NCBI GenBank assembly: GCA_028826165.1
Contig: JAPDFW010000059.1
Coordinates: 1,054,001 to 1,118,000 of the forward strand
Direction of reading: 5' to 3'
Source: Anaeramoeba ignava BMAN
Lineage: Eukaryota > Protista > Anaeramoebae
DNA: 64,000 bases
The notes under the pieces were generated by a model that did no database searches, was not told the origin of the DNA, and worked only from the letters and a program-made list of their open reading frames with translations. The number at the start of each line of letters is the position of its first letter. The stretch's first letter is position 1. Positions 24,392-38,390 of this stretch are shown one piece after another. The position numbers and the translations under genes are program-made.

Positions 24392-27300
24392 TTATTTTTG
24401 TTTAAAAAGTAATGATGATTGATTTTTTCTTCTTAATTCTTTAAATTCTTCAGAATCAAAAAATTTTGAATAAAAATTATTGTAATCAAGACGAGTAATT
24501 AAATCAATCATATGAGGATCAGCATCAGTATGAGTATAAGCTTGTAAAGATTTAATTAACATTCCAAGATGAAAAATAAATTTTTCTTCTGAATTTCTAA
24601 CCATTCCTAAATAACCTTTTTCTTGAAACATTTTATGAACATGAGCTGTTTGAACATCAATTCTTTGAGCACGCTAAATAAGAGGAAAAAAAAAAGAAGA
24701 ATAAATATTTCATTTTTTTAGTTTTGAATTTTAATTTTAATTTTAATTTTTAATTTTAATTTTGATTTTAATTTTGATTTTAATTTTAATTTTAATTTTG
24801 AATTTTAATTTTAATTTTAATTTTAATTTTAATTTTGATTTTGATTTTGATTTTAATTTTAATTTTAATTTTAATTTTAATTTTAATTTTAATTTTAATT
24901 TTAATTTTGATTTTAATTTTAATTTTAATTTTAATTTTGATTTTAATTTTAATTTTGATTTTGATTTTGATTTTGATTTTGATTTTGATTTTGATTTTAA
25001 TTTTTGATTTTGATTTTAATTTTAATTTTGATTTTGATTTTGATTTTGATTTTGATTTTTGATTTTTGGTTATAATTTTTGATTTAATTTTTTAATTTTG
25101 ATTTTAATTTTGATTTTGATTTTGATTTAGATTTTAATTTTAATTTTGATTTTGATTTTTTTTGATTTTGATTTTAATTTTAATTTTGATTTTAAATTTT
25201 GATTTTAATTTTTGATTTTAATTTTGATTTTAATTTTGATTTTGATTTAGATTTTAATTTTGATTTTTAATTTTAATTTTGATTTAAATTTTAATTTTGA
25301 TTTTGATTTTGATTTTGATTTTAATTTTTTAATTTTAATTTTAATTTTAATTTTAATTTTGAATTTTGATTTTAATTTTAATTTTAATTTTAATTTTTTA
25401 ATTTTAATTTTGATTTTGATTTTAATTTTGATTTTAATTTTTTTGAAATTTTGATTTTAATTTTGATTTTGATTTTAATTTTGATTTTGAATTTTTTGAT
25501 TTTAATTTTGAATTTTGAATTTTGATTTTGAATTTTAAATTTTAATTTTAATTTTAAATGGATTTTTTCTACTTTTGAAAATCTCGTTTTATGATCTTCA
25601 ATCGATTTTAAATGTTCCTGATTTTCTTTTGGAGTTAATAAATCACTTAATGAATCATTGTATTGAGAAGAAAAAGAAGGTAAACGAGATTCTAAAGGAA
25701 GTTCATCATGTTTAGTGACAGTTAATGATTCAGTTAATCTAGTTGTATGAGTTGAAAAAATTTCACAAGTCATCAACAACTTGCTCATAATCCTCAAAAG
25801 TCTTGGATTAGTCAGAAGACATTCCTTCAAACACGAATCAAGAAAATCATTGTGATAAAGCATAAGTTCATCCACACTCGATACATCAGCTAGTCGAGCA
25901 ATGAATTTTTTCCAGTTTTGTTCAATTACTTCAAAATGCATATAATATTGTAAATGTTGAAGAAAATATAACATTTTCTGACGCAAAGTGTAAGCGCCAA
26001 GAAGTGCAAGTTCAAGATCAATTTCTTTTGTGCTTTGTTGTGCAGCCCAAGTATCACAAATCTGCTTCTCAATTTTTTTACAGTTGAACAAATGCCTGAA
26101 GATTATTTGATATTTTGTTAGTGCTTTGCGATTAATGACAAGTGAAACAGGCCATTTTACTTCATAATCCAGTGAGAAGGCATCAAACCCAGTCACGTTT
26201 GGTTGCTGTTGGTTGATGATTGCGTCCAACATTGGGATATTTTCATCACTTTCATTTTCATCATTTTCATTTTGATTTAAATTTTGGTTTTGGTTTTCAT
26301 TTTCGATTATTTTTTCAAATAGTTCTTTTTCTTCGCTTTTGATCGGATTTTTGGCTTGATAAACAAACATATTTTTGCCTGTGAATTTTGCTTTAATTTT
26401 ATCGGCTTTTTCCTTTTCCAAATGTTTGATATTCAAGATGGTTAATAGTTGACTAATCAAGTTATTTGGAAGTAATTGACAGCTAAGATTATCCTTCATC
26501 AAATCTCTTGAAGAAACGGAAGAAGAAAGCGCAATTCCCAGAAATGAAACGAGTTTTGAAGGAACAACTTCAATCACATTTTTGTCGAGTTCTTCCTTTG
26601 CAGTGTCAATAAATAGGGACATAAAATCGCCAGTTCCAAGTAGAAAATAACGCTTTAACGCGTTTAAATGGTCAAACAATTTATTCTCTTTGATCATAAT
26701 GTCAAGAAGTAGTGTGCTTGCATAGGAATGGGCTTTGTCAATCATTTCAATATATTCCTGTTCATTTGGTGTGTAATAAAACTTTTCTTCGTAAGGATAA
26801 TTGATTTCGATTCCACATTCTTTAATCACATTTAAATATTTCCCAGTCATCAACAATTTCTCTGTTGAAAGAGCAAGAAAAAAAGGAACGGAACTAAGAA
26901 ATGAATCTGGTGAAGAGCGCAATCTTTCTCGCTCTTCATGACTCCTTCTTGATTTATAATTCCGACTGGGTTTGATTTCATCCTTGCGAAGTGTGTATCT
27001 TCTTTCCCAATAAGCATCATTAAAATCCCTTTTCAAATTTTCTTTGTGAACTCGTTTGTTTTCCACAACAAGAAATTCCGAATGTGGATCGTTGATTGAT
27101 CCTTTGTAAACCCAATTCCCCACCATTTCTAAATAGGGTTGGGCTGCTTTTTCTAATAGATATTCAAATAATTCCATTGTTTTTGTGTCTCCTCCAAATA
27201 AATTATTTTGTTGATGAATTAAATTTATTAATTGACCTCCTCTTGCCTTCATTTTTTTGGATTCTATTATTAATCTACTCAATGTTGCGAATGTTTTTAT

Positions 27301-30300
27301 TGAAGGCTGTAGAAGATACCAAAGTTTTTGTAGTGTAAGTTGACCTGTTCTTTGTTGGTATTCAAAAGTTGTTACCAACGAATGATAATCCTAATTTTAT
27401 GAAGAAAAATTTTAATTTAATTTTAAAATTTAAAAATTTAAAAATTATTTGATTTCTACTTGAAGTAATTGATTAATTGCTGCGCAAAAAGCATGATTTG
27501 TTAATCCATATTGAAAATCAAAACGAGAATCTACAAATTCAGAAATTATATAAAAATTTGTGCAAAGTGGAAGTATTTGATGGAGAAGCGAAGATAAAGA
27601 AATATCTAGCGTATTATCAAATATAAAAATGGGTTGTTCTGGATTTGAAGGTTGTTTGACTTTTATATATTTTCCTTCGATTCCCTTTTTTTTTCAATTT
27701 AAAAATTAATTCAATTTAAATATTTAATTCAAAAATTAATTCAATTTAAAAAATATTCAATTCAAAAATATTCAATTCAAAAAATAATTCAATTCAAAAA
27801 TATTTAATTTAAAAATCAATTCAAAAAATATTCAATTTAAAAATTAATTCAATTCAAAAATTAATTCAAAAAATAATTCAATTAAAAAATCAATTTAAAA
27901 ATTAATTCAATTCAAAAATATTTAATTTAAAAATTAATTCAAAAATATTCAATTCAAAAATATTCAATTTAAAAATCAATTCAAAAAATATTCAATTCAA
28001 TAATTCAATTTAAAAATTAATTCAAAAATATTTAATTTAAAAATTAATTCAATTTAAAAATATGAGTGATTCTGTTGCAAAAAAAATCAATAAAAAAAAA
28101 AGCCTCTTGAGCCTCAAAATTAAAATATCAAATAATCAATTTATTGAGTGATTTTTTTTATATTGTTCCAAAAAATTCTCATCAAATTTATTTACTTTTG
28201 ATTTTATTAATAAAGGAATTTTTTTAAAAAAGGAATTTAAATTTCATATATGTCTTCTTTTTTAAATCTCTTAAAAAAATAAAAGAGAAATTTTAGACTT
28301 CTTTTTTTAAAATAACTTTTTTTGAATCATATTTTAATCAATCAAAATCAAAAAGATCAGATTTTTCATTTTGCTTTTCTTCTCCCTTTCAATTTGTTTT
28401 TATCGATAATTTAATTACAAAATATCTTTACATATTAGACATTTGTATTTTGATTGAAGAATCAATTTTTCTTTGGTTTTTTTCTTTTTTTGGAAATAAG
28501 ATCAAGAAGATTTTTCCTTTTCTTTCTTTTTTTTAATTAAATCAATGTCCACTTTTTCCTTTCAATTTCTTTTTTTCTTCAAATAGTTTAAAGAATCAAT
28601 TTTTCTTTGGTTTTTCTTTTTGAAATAAGATCAAGAAGATTTTTTTCCTTTTCTTTCTTTTTTTTAATTAAATCAATGTCCACTTTTTTGAGGATTTCAA
28701 AAGGAATTTTTTGATAAAATCTCAATTCATTTTTTCTTTTAAATGAAGCTTTTTTTTATTCGTTTTCAAGGAAATTTTTGTGTGTTTGATGCTGAAAAGA
28801 TCCTAAACTTTAAAACCTTAATTAAAGATGTGAAAGATAACTTCAACATTCGACAAAAGATTCAAGCATTCACCTATCTCTTTCAAGATAAAACTGTTCG
28901 TATTTCAAACAATTCACAACTTGTAATCTTCCTAAATTGTGTTAAAGAAAAAGTTCTTCTAATAACTTCAGAGGAAATTCCTATTTTGAATGTTCAAATC
29001 ACTATTTCAAAAAATGGAAAGAAAGTGCCAATGAGTATTCAAAAAATGATCGATCAGGATCCATTTCTTTCATATAATTTAGATACACAAAAAGTTTTTT
29101 GTTCTTCTTGTGATAAGGAATTGAAAAATTTAAATTCATGGAAGCTAAAGAGACATTTAAATTGTGAACATCATCGTTTTAAGATTCCATTTTACCTAAA
29201 ATCTCAAACAAAATCAAAAGAATGGGTTTTCACAAATCATGAAAAAAATATCCTTCGAATTTTAGATCATTTAGAAACATTTACAACGATTGATTTTTAC
29301 AGCAGAAAAGATATACCTGTTTTCCGCACAAGTTTGACAAAGAAAAGACTTTTTAATCAAATACAGGATAAAGGAAATGATCTTAAATATGGGACTTTCT
29401 GCTCACTTCTTCAAAAGTATTTTTCAATTCATTCTGCAACAGCTTTTTTTTTCCAGTGTCCAAAATGTTCTAATCCAATCATGAAAAAAAGGCAGAATCA
29501 CCAAAGAAAAGTTCTTGAAATGAGAAATTTATACAAATCGGAAATTCAACTTCTTGATCAAATTATTTTATTCTTGGACTTTGCAGTCAATTTTCAAGAG
29601 TATCGAGATAATTGGGAAACACAAGAATTCTATCATAAAAAATCATGGGTGATCTTCAATATTACTATTCAGTTTGAAAAACAGTTGTTCTATTTCGATT
29701 ATATTTCAGAGGATCAAACTAAAGTAAGTTTAAAAATTGAATTCCTTTTTGATTCTATTAATTTTCTATTTCTCTTATAGGATTCCCAATTTGTTCTTCA
29801 AAGTTTTCAAGATTTTCGATATAAATTCCATGAATGGCAACATAAAAGAAATCTATTAAACATATCAAAACTAAGGATTTTTTCTGATAATGGAGGACAC
29901 ATTAAAAATAACTTTGTTCTGGGGATGATTTTTGATGCTTTTAGTTCGCAATTTTTAGATATTAAGGTAATTTTCTTTCTCAGAAATCATGCTAAACATA
30001 TGTCTGATCGTCATTTTGGTAACATATCAAGGAATAAGGCAAATTTTGGGGATATTACAACTATTAATTTACTTTTTGATTATTTATCTCAACTTAGTAA
30101 CACAACACCAATTATTTTAAATGTGAATAGAGCACTCAAATTTCTTTACAAGAATCCAATTGCAAAAATTCAAAAATCACACATTTTTATTTTCTTAAAA
30201 GGAAACTTGAAAACTGCAAGAATGCCAAACACCAATTTTCGAAAAAGAAGAATACCTATAATTGAACAAATTTTTCAAGAGAAAGAATTTGGAATTAAAC

Positions 30301-32644
30301 AAAATTCAGCATTAATTCAGGAGAATTATTCTATTCCTTTCTTTAATACTCAAATGACAAATTCCAAAAATGAAAAGGTGATTCCAAATGAAACACAAAA
30401 ATTTCATTCGCAAAGAGAAAAGAAGATGAAGGAAATGAATCATATGAATGGAAATCTACGAAGTTCTTCCAGAAAACATCAACAAATCAAGAGAAAAATT
30501 GAATTTGAAGAAAAAGAAGAAATCAAAAATTTGCGCATTTCAAAATTTCAAGATAATCTCCCAAAACAAAAGAATTTTACATCATCAATATCCATTTGCA
30601 AAACAGGAGTAAGAAAATTCTTCTTTTATTATTTTTTTCTTTTTGATTTTCTCATTTTAATTTTTGATTAGAATTTAAGAAAGATTCCAAATTCACACAA
30701 TTCATGCTATATCGCTTCCATCATTCAAGTGCTTTTAAGAACTTCTGTAATTGAACTATTAGGTTTAGGTGATATTTCTGAAACTTTGAGCGATATTTTA
30801 CAATCTTCAGAAGAATCGATTAATATAACTCCACTAAGAAAGGTAATAGGAGAACATGTGACTCAATTTTCCAACACTAATGAACAAGATATACATGAAT
30901 TTTTTGTTTCCTTGATGGATTTAATATCAAATGAGAATATTTCAGATTTCAATGTTCCATATGATCTTCTTTATCAAGAATTTGATATTCACAATCGAGC
31001 TATAATAAATGATTTTCGCATTCGTATTGTGCAAAAAGTGACATGTAAGAAATGTAAAAGATTTACTTATTCCTTTCCTCAAGAAACAAGTCTTGTGATT
31101 AGCTTTCCAATTTTGAACGGAGAAATTAGCATTTCTTCAATGCTCGATAATTATTTCGCTGAAAAGGATTTAGATTTCTCTCAACATTATCACTGTGAAA
31201 ATTGTGACCAAAAAGTAGAAAGCTCCATTAAATTGTCTCTTTTGACTATTCCTAAATATTTGGTTATTTTTTTCAAGAGAACTTATTATGATTCCTTGAC
31301 TCAATCTACAACAAGAATTGGAACCAAAATTCAATGTGAAGAAAAGATCAATGTCAAATCTTTCATGTTTCAGAGTTGTCCTAATCAAGAAACTGAAATG
31401 AAATTACTTGGATCAATACACCATATTGGAAATGCCAATGAAGGTCATTATTGGACTGAAATCTTAGAAACCGAAACTAGTTCAAATTTTTTTGGAATAA
31501 GTGATGCTCATATATTTCCCGTGAATCCTTTTAGAACAAAAGATACTTTTACAATGATGATTTTTACAAGAGAAGATTAAGAAAAAATAATCACTCTTTC
31601 TATTCCTTTTTTCTTTGACAAGAATCTAATTCATTTTTCTTTTTTTTTTGATTGATTTTTGATTGATTTTTTTTGATTGATTTTTTTTGATTCAATTTTT
31701 CTAATTCTCAAAGAAATAAACCTTTATCGTGCCTCAGGAAGCACCAAAATTTGAGGCTTTTATCGAGATTTCTTGTTCAATTTTAATTAAAAAAGGGAAA
31801 AAAAATAAACAAAAAAAAATTTTTCACATCAGCCTCAAATCACTCATATTCAATTCAATAAATTAATTCAATTTAAAAATCAATTTAAAAATATTTAATT
31901 CAAAAATTAATTCAATTTAAAAAATATTTAATTTAAAAAATCAATTCAAAAATTAATTCAAAAATATTTAATTCAAAAATTAATTTAAAAATATTCAATT
32001 CAAAAATTAATTCAATTTTAAAAATATTCAATTCAAAAATTAATTCAATTTAAAAATTAATTCAATTTAAAAATCAATTCAATTCAAAAATTAATTCAAT
32101 TTAAAAATATTCAATTCAAAAATTAATTCAATTTAAAAAATATTCTTCATTTACAATCAAACAATATAATAAATCTTCAATAATTAATATTTCTTGTACT
32201 TCAACTGGAAAAACATCTAATTCTAATGGTTCTGCTTCTGGTTCATTCAGAAATAAATGTTTTCCTGTAAGAAAAGGTCTTTCAGAAACCCAATCAGGAA
32301 AAATTGGTTTTCTTAAATTATCATCTTTTTGTTGAAATTTTTTCTCATTTTTTAATTGCATTGAATAAAGTTCCTCTAAATTTTCATCATTTTTTTTTAA
32401 ATTGAATTATTAAATTGATTGTTTTAAATTAAAATTCTTGTTCCATTATTTGAATACTTTGTAATTCTTTATGATCAGTTGATGTTGAAAGTCGAAAATA
32501 ATCAATATCTTCAATTTTATTTTTCTGATTTTCAAATGAATCATTTTCTGAATATTGAAGTTTTTGTAATAAATGATTTTCAAGTTTTTCTAAAAGATTT
32601 TTATTCTTGATAATTAATGAAAAAACTCCAAAAATCACAGCGTT

Positions 32645-32679
<35 letters not shown>

Positions 32680-33069
32680 TATTGTTGCTTTTTCTTTTAG
32701 ATTTAAAGATTTAAAAATTTTAAAAATTTGTATTTGAATTAAATTTTTTTTTTCTTCATTTTTGAAAATTAACTTTTTTAATTCTTTTCTTTCTTGTAAT
32801 TTTTTTTCATATAATTTTGAAATTAACGGAAAATTTCCAGCTTCAGAAAGCATAAAAGTAATTTTTTTTGGTACAATCTTTTTTAAATTTCAAATTCAAT
32901 TCCAAAATTTAAATTGTTTTATTTTTTTTTTATAATTTTTGTTTTTTTTTTTTTTTGATACTTTTGGTATATGTAATTGTTTTGTAGATTTTAATAATTC
33001 TGTTGCATAAAAATCTGGTTTTTCATCGATTCCAAGCCATTTAAATAATTGTTCAATTAAATCTTTCAT
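24392..33069 (-). CDS. TUBGCP2: Gamma-tubulin complex component 2 (GCP2/Spc97), multi-exon
   Basis: VQEILIIEDLLYCLI|GIEGKYI, LTLQKLWYLLQP, FNDAYWERRY, FSLDYEVKWPVSLVINRKALTKYQIIFRHLF, FLDSCLKECLLT, LITRLDYN. Exons include 27684-27460, 27390-25573, 24673-24392. The 5' exons (33069-32155) are less certain. Confidence 0.92.
28064..31845 (+). mobile_element. Sola-like (probably Sola2-type) DDE DNA transposon inserted in a GCP2 intron
   Basis: Termini GAGTGATT...AATCACTC are flanked by ATAT on both sides (alternatively a TA duplication with a 9-bp TIR). Removing it restores the intron's aaaaatattcaatt repeat unit. AGCCTC motifs occur near both ends. Confidence 0.8.
28743..31580 (+). CDS. Transposase-USP fusion: PB1-like N-terminus, zinc finger, Sola-like DDE transposase and C19 ubiquitin-specific protease (~905 aa, 3 exons)
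   Basis: Exons 28743-29723, 29781-30608, 30672-31580 join in frame via GT-AG introns. Motifs: CSSC..HLNCEHH, CPKC, LDFAVNF, FSDNGGHIKN, HAKHMSDRHFG, Cys box NSHNSCYIASIIQVL, EQDIHEF, His box HIGNANEGHYW..ISD. Confidence 0.78.
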
Positions 33070-33189
33070 TATTGTTTCAAAAAAAAAATGAAATTTAAAA
33101 AAAATGAAATTTAAAAAAATTTTTCTGAAGTTTTTCTCAATAAATGATTCTTATTTCATTTATTTAAAAATCTCTTTAAAATCTTTTTG

Positions 33190-35220
33190 AAAATAAAAAG
33201 AAAAAGTGGAATAAGAAATAAATTAATCTATAATTTAATTTTATTATTATTTTTATTTAAATTTATTATTAATCCCTTTTTCAAAATTGAAATAAATAAG
33301 GAAAAAGTGGAATAAATTTTGTAAGAAATAAATTGAAATTTAATCAATAATTTAATTTAAAATTTAAGAAATATTTAATTTTATTTTATTTATATTTATT
33401 ATTAATCCCTTTTTTAAAATTGAAAAAAATTAAAGAAAAAAGTGGAATAAAATATAATAAGAAATAAATTTAAATTTAATTAATAATTTAATTTAAAATT
33501 TCTTTATAATTTAATTTAATTATTATTTATATTTATATTTATTATTAATCCCTTTTTAAAATTGAAATAAAAAGAAAAAGTGGAATAAAATATAATAAGA
33601 AATAAATTTAAATTTAATCAATAATTTAATTTAAAATTTCTTTATAATTTAATTTAATTATTATTTATATTTATATTTATTATTAATCTCTTTTCCAAAA
33701 TTGAAAATAAAAAGAAAAAGTGGAATAAAAATTATAATAAGAAATAAATTTAAATTTAATCAATAATTTAATTTAAAATATCTTAATAATTTAATTTAAT
33801 TATTATTTATATTTATATTTATTATTAATCTCTTTTTCAAAATTGAAAATAAAAAGAAAAAGTGGAATAAAAATTATAATAAGAAATAAATTGAAATTTA
33901 ATCAATAATTTAATTTAAAATTTCTTTATAATTTAATTTAATTATTATTTATATTTAAATTTATTATTAATCTCTTTTTCAAAATTGAAATAAATTAAAA
34001 GAAAAAGTGGAATAAAAATTATAATAAGAAATAAATTAAAATTTAATTAATAATTTAATTTAAAATTTCTTTTATAATTTATTTTAATTATTATTTATAT
34101 TTATATTTATTATTAATCTCTTTTCCAAAATTGAAAATAAAAAGAAAAAGTGGAATAAAAATTATAATAAGAAATAAATTTAAATTTAATCAATAATTTA
34201 ATTTAAAATATCTTAATAATTTAATTTAATTATTATTTATATTTATATTTATTATTAATCTCTTTTTTAAAATTGAAGGAAATTAAAGAAAAAAGTGGAA
34301 TAAATTGTAATAAGAAATAAATTGAAATTTAATCAATAATTTAATTTAAAATTTCTTTATAATTTAATTTAATTATTATTTTTATTTATATTTATTATTA
34401 ATCTCTTTTTAAAATTGAAAATAAAAAAGTATGGAATAAAAATTATAATAAGAAATAAATTAAAATTTAATTAATAATTTAATTTAAAATTTCTTTATAA
34501 TTTAATTTAATTATTATTTTTATTTATATTTATTATTAATCTCTTTTTAAAATTGAAATAAAAAGAAAAAAGTGGAATAAAAATTATAATAAGAAATAAA
34601 TTTAAATTTAATTAATAATTTAATTTAAAATTTCTTAATAATTTATTTTTATTATTATTTATATTTATATTTATTATTAATCTCTTTTTTAAAATTGAAA
34701 AATTAAAGAAAAAAGTGGAATAAATTTTAATAAGAAATAAATTGAAATTTAATTAATAATTTAATTTAAAATTTCTTAATAATTTATTTTAATTATTATT
34801 TTTATTTATATTTATTATTAATCTCTTTTTAAAATTGAAGGAAATTAAAGGAAAAAGTGGAATAAAATTAAATAAATTTAAATTTAATTAATTTAATTTA
34901 AAAATAATTTAAAATTATTATTTATAATTATATTTATTATTAATCTCTTTTCAAAATTGAAAATAAAAAAGTGAATAAATTTAATAAGAAATAAATTTAA
35001 ATTTAATCAATAATTTAATTTAAAATTTATTTTAATTATTATTTTTAATTATATTTATTATTAATCTCTTTTTCAAAATTGAAAATAAAAAGAAAAAGTG
35101 GAATAAATTTTTTTAAATAAAGAAATTAAATAATTTAAAAAATTTATAATTTAAATTAAAATATCTTAATAATTTAATTTTATTATTATTTATAATTATA
35201 TTTATTATTAAATTTTATTA
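33190..35220. repeat. ~140-bp AT-rich satellite (also 36300-37050 and 38470-39460)
   Basis: aaaagtggaataaa recurs every ~138-145 bp together with attaatctctttttcaaaattgaaa. Confidence 0.9.
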
Positions 35221-35590
35221 AATTTATATTTAAAAAATTAATCAATTTTTTTTCCCTTTTATTCTTTTTTTTTTCTCATTTATCCTTTTTTTTGAGAATT
35301 TTCGTTTGCTAAATCAACTTAGATCGTTTTATATTTTGATTTAAATTAAATTAATTAAAAAATAAATTTATAATTAATAGATTAAAAGGATAATAAATTA
35401 ATTAAAAAAAAAAATTTTTTTTTAAATTTTTTACTTTAAAAAAATTTTAATTTGTAAAAAAGAACCATTTTTTCATTCAATTGTTTTGTTTATTCAAGTT
35501 TTTTAATTTTTAATTTTTAATTTTAATTTTAATTTTTACTTTTAACTTTTCTTCTTCTTTTTTTTTGTGGAACAAGAACAACAAAAAAAA

Positions 35591-36205
35591 ATGTCAAATT
35601 CAAATTTTGGAATAGAAACAAATTTTGAAATGAATTCATTTGATGAAGAATCATTACCATTACCATTTCAAAGTGATTTACTTCTCTCTTCTTTGGATTT
35701 CCTTGGTTATGATTTTTTGGATTCAAAATCAATTGATTTTAATAACATTGATTCAGTCCAACTTACAACAGCAACAACAATAATAAATCCTTCAACAGAT
35801 GATCCAAAAACATCAACAGACTTAAAGGAAAAAATAGAAGAATTAATTCAAAATCGAAAGAAAAAAAGAAATCAAACAAAAACAGCTTTTCGACTTCAAT
35901 GTTTTTCTCAAATTTCACCAAAGGAATTTGTTTATATTCGTAGAAATAAAAAGAGAATTCAAATTGGTAAAAATTTTTCACTTAAAAAACATGGAATGGA
36001 AATTAGTGATAAAATTGTTATTACAAGTAAATTAATTGATCTTGAAACTCAAATTAACAAAAGAAATAAAAATCTTATTAGAAGAAGTTATCGGAATGCG
36101 TTTAAACCAAAAGGATTCATAATTGCAAAACCTCATAAAAGAGGAGATTTAGTTTTTAAATTTGTAGGAAAACACAAAAAACAAAACAGAAATATCAGAA
36201 ATTGA
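35591..36205 (+). CDS. Uncharacterised protein, acidic N-terminus and basic conserved C-terminal domain (putative DNA-binding family member 1)
   Basis: Shares FRLQCFSQI...RRSYRNAFKPKGF...RGDLVF with three other ORFs in the window. Confidence 0.75.
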   Translation: MSNSNFGIETNFEMNSFDEESLPLPFQSDLLLSSLDFLGYDFLDSKSIDFNNIDSVQLTTATTIINPSTDDPKTSTDLKEKIEELIQNRKKKRNQTKTAFRLQCFSQISPKEFVYIRRNKKRIQIGKNFSLKKHGMEISDKIVITSKLIDLETQINKRNKNLIRRSYRNAFKPKGFIIAKPHKRGDLVFKFVGKHKKQNRNIRN

Positions 36206-37418
36206 AAAAACAAAAACAGAAAACAATTTCCAATTTAATTTTTCTTTGATTTTAATTTTAATTTCCAATTTAATTTTTCTTTGATTTTGAATTAAATAAA
36301 TTAAAAAAAGGAAAAAAGTGGAATAAATTTTTTATTTAAAATATAAGAAATAAATTGAAATTTAATTAATAATTTAATTTAAAATTTATTAATAATTTAT
36401 TTTAATTATTATTTATATTTATATTTATTATTAATCCCTTTTTTAAAATTGAAAGAAATTAAAGAAAAAAGTGGAATAAATTATAATAAATGAAATTTAA
36501 TTAATAATTTTAAATTTAAAATTTATTTAATTTATTATTATTTATATTTATATTTATTATTAATCTCTTTTTAAAATTGAAAAATTGTAATAAGAAATAA
36601 ATTCAAATTTAATTAATAATTTAATTTAAAATTTCTTTATAATTTAATTATAATTATTTATTATTAATCTCTTTTTAAAATCTCTTTTTAAAATTGAAAA
36701 TAAAAAGAAAAAGTGGAATAAATTGTAATAAGAAATAAATTGAAATTTAATTAATAATTTAATTTAAAATATCTTAATAATTTAATTTAATTATTATTTA
36801 TATTTATATTTATTATTAATCTCTTTTTCAAAATTGAAAATTAAAAAGAAAAAAGTGGAATAAATTATAATAATTTAAAATTTATTAAATAAATTAAATT
36901 TAAATTTAATAATCTTTTAATTAAAAAGAAAAAAAGTGGAATAAATTATAATAAGAAATAAATTGAAATTTAATTAATAATTTAATTTAAAATATCTTAA
37001 TAATTTAATTTAATTATTATTTAATTATATTTATTATTAAATTTTATTAAATTTATATTTAAAAAATTAATCAATTTTTTTTCCCTTTTATTCTTTTTTT
37101 TTTTCTCATTTATCCTTTTTTTTGAGAATTTTCGTTTGCTAAATCAACTTAGATCGTTTTATATTTTGATTTAAATTAAATTAATTAAAAAATAAATTTA
37201 TAATTAATAGATTAAAAGGATAATTAATTAATTAAAAAAAAAAATTTTTTTTTAAATTTTTTACTTTAAAAAAATTTAATTTGTAAAAAAGAACCATTTT
37301 TTCATTCAATTGTTTTGTTTATTCAAGTTTTTTAATTTTTAATTTTAATTTTAATTTTAATTTTTACTTTTAACTTTTCTTCTTCTTTTTTTTTGTGGAA
37401 CAAGAACAACAAAAAAAA

Positions 37419-38390
37419 ATGTCAAATTCAAATTTTGGAATAGAAACAAATTTTGAAATGAATTCATTTGATGAAGAATCATTACCATTACCATTTCAAA
37501 GTGATTTACTTCTCTCTTCTTTGGATTTCCTTGATTATGCTTTTTTGGATTCTCATTTTCATTCCATTTTGTTTACTAATCTTGATCGCAATTATTATTC
37601 AAATTTTGGTAATAATTTCGATTTTGATCTTGATTCTCTAAGTCCCTTTTCTATTAATAATGATTTCCCTGATTTTTTTCAACCGATTAATCAACCACGA
37701 ATTTTTACATTTGAATTAGATAAAAATTCTTTTTTTGATTCCCCAATGAATGATAACTCAGAATATCAAGAATTTTTCTCAATTTTTCCCAATTTCACAA
37801 CAAATGAAGAGTCTAAGTTATTCAATTCGAACCCCATTTCATTTCAACAAAAAGAACAAAAAATGGATCTAAAAGAAGAAGAGCAAAAAATGGATTTAAA
37901 AGAAGAACAAAAAATGGATTCAAAAGAAGAACAACAAACATCAACAGACTTAAAGGAAAAAATAGAAGAATTAATTCAAAATCGAAAGAAAAAAAGAAAT
38001 CAAACAAAAACAACTTTTCGACTTCAATGTTTTTCTCAAATTTCACCAAAGGAATTTGTTTATATTCGTAGAAATAAAAAGAGAATTCAAATTGGTAAAA
38101 ATTTTTCACTTAAAAAACATGGAATGGAAATTGGTGATAAAATTGTTATTACAAGTAAATTAATTAATCTTGAAACTCAAATTACTAAAAGAAGTGTAGA
38201 TCTTATTAAAAGAAGTTATCGGAATGCGTTTAAACCAAAAGGATTCATAATTAGTGAAAGATATTCAAGAGGAGATTTGATTTTTGAATTTGAAGGAAAA
38301 CCTAAAAGTAAAACAGAAAGAAAACCTAAAAGGCAAACAAAAAGAAAACCTAAAAGTAAAACAAAAAGAAAATCAAACAATTTAACTTAA
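37419..38390 (+). CDS. Same family, member 2
   Basis: 5' flank, N-terminus and most of the C-terminal domain are nearly identical to member 1. The middle is a different D/F/N-rich segment. Confidence 0.75.
   Translation: MSNSNFGIETNFEMNSFDEESLPLPFQSDLLLSSLDFLDYAFLDSHFHSILFTNLDRNYYSNFGNNFDFDLDSLSPFSINNDFPDFFQPINQPRIFTFELDKNSFFDSPMNDNSEYQEFFSIFPNFTTNEESKLFNSNPISFQQKEQKMDLKEEEQKMDLKEEQKMDSKEEQQTSTDLKEKIEELIQNRKKKRNQTKTTFRLQCFSQISPKEFVYIRRNKKRIQIGKNFSLKKHGMEIGDKIVITSKLINLETQITKRSVDLIKRSYRNAFKPKGFIISERYSRGDLIFEFEGKPKSKTERKPKRQTKRKPKSKTKRKSNNLT

Noticed and set aside
24762-25454. ILILIL/FDFNF ORFs
   Set aside because: Translations of an intronic hexamer microsatellite.
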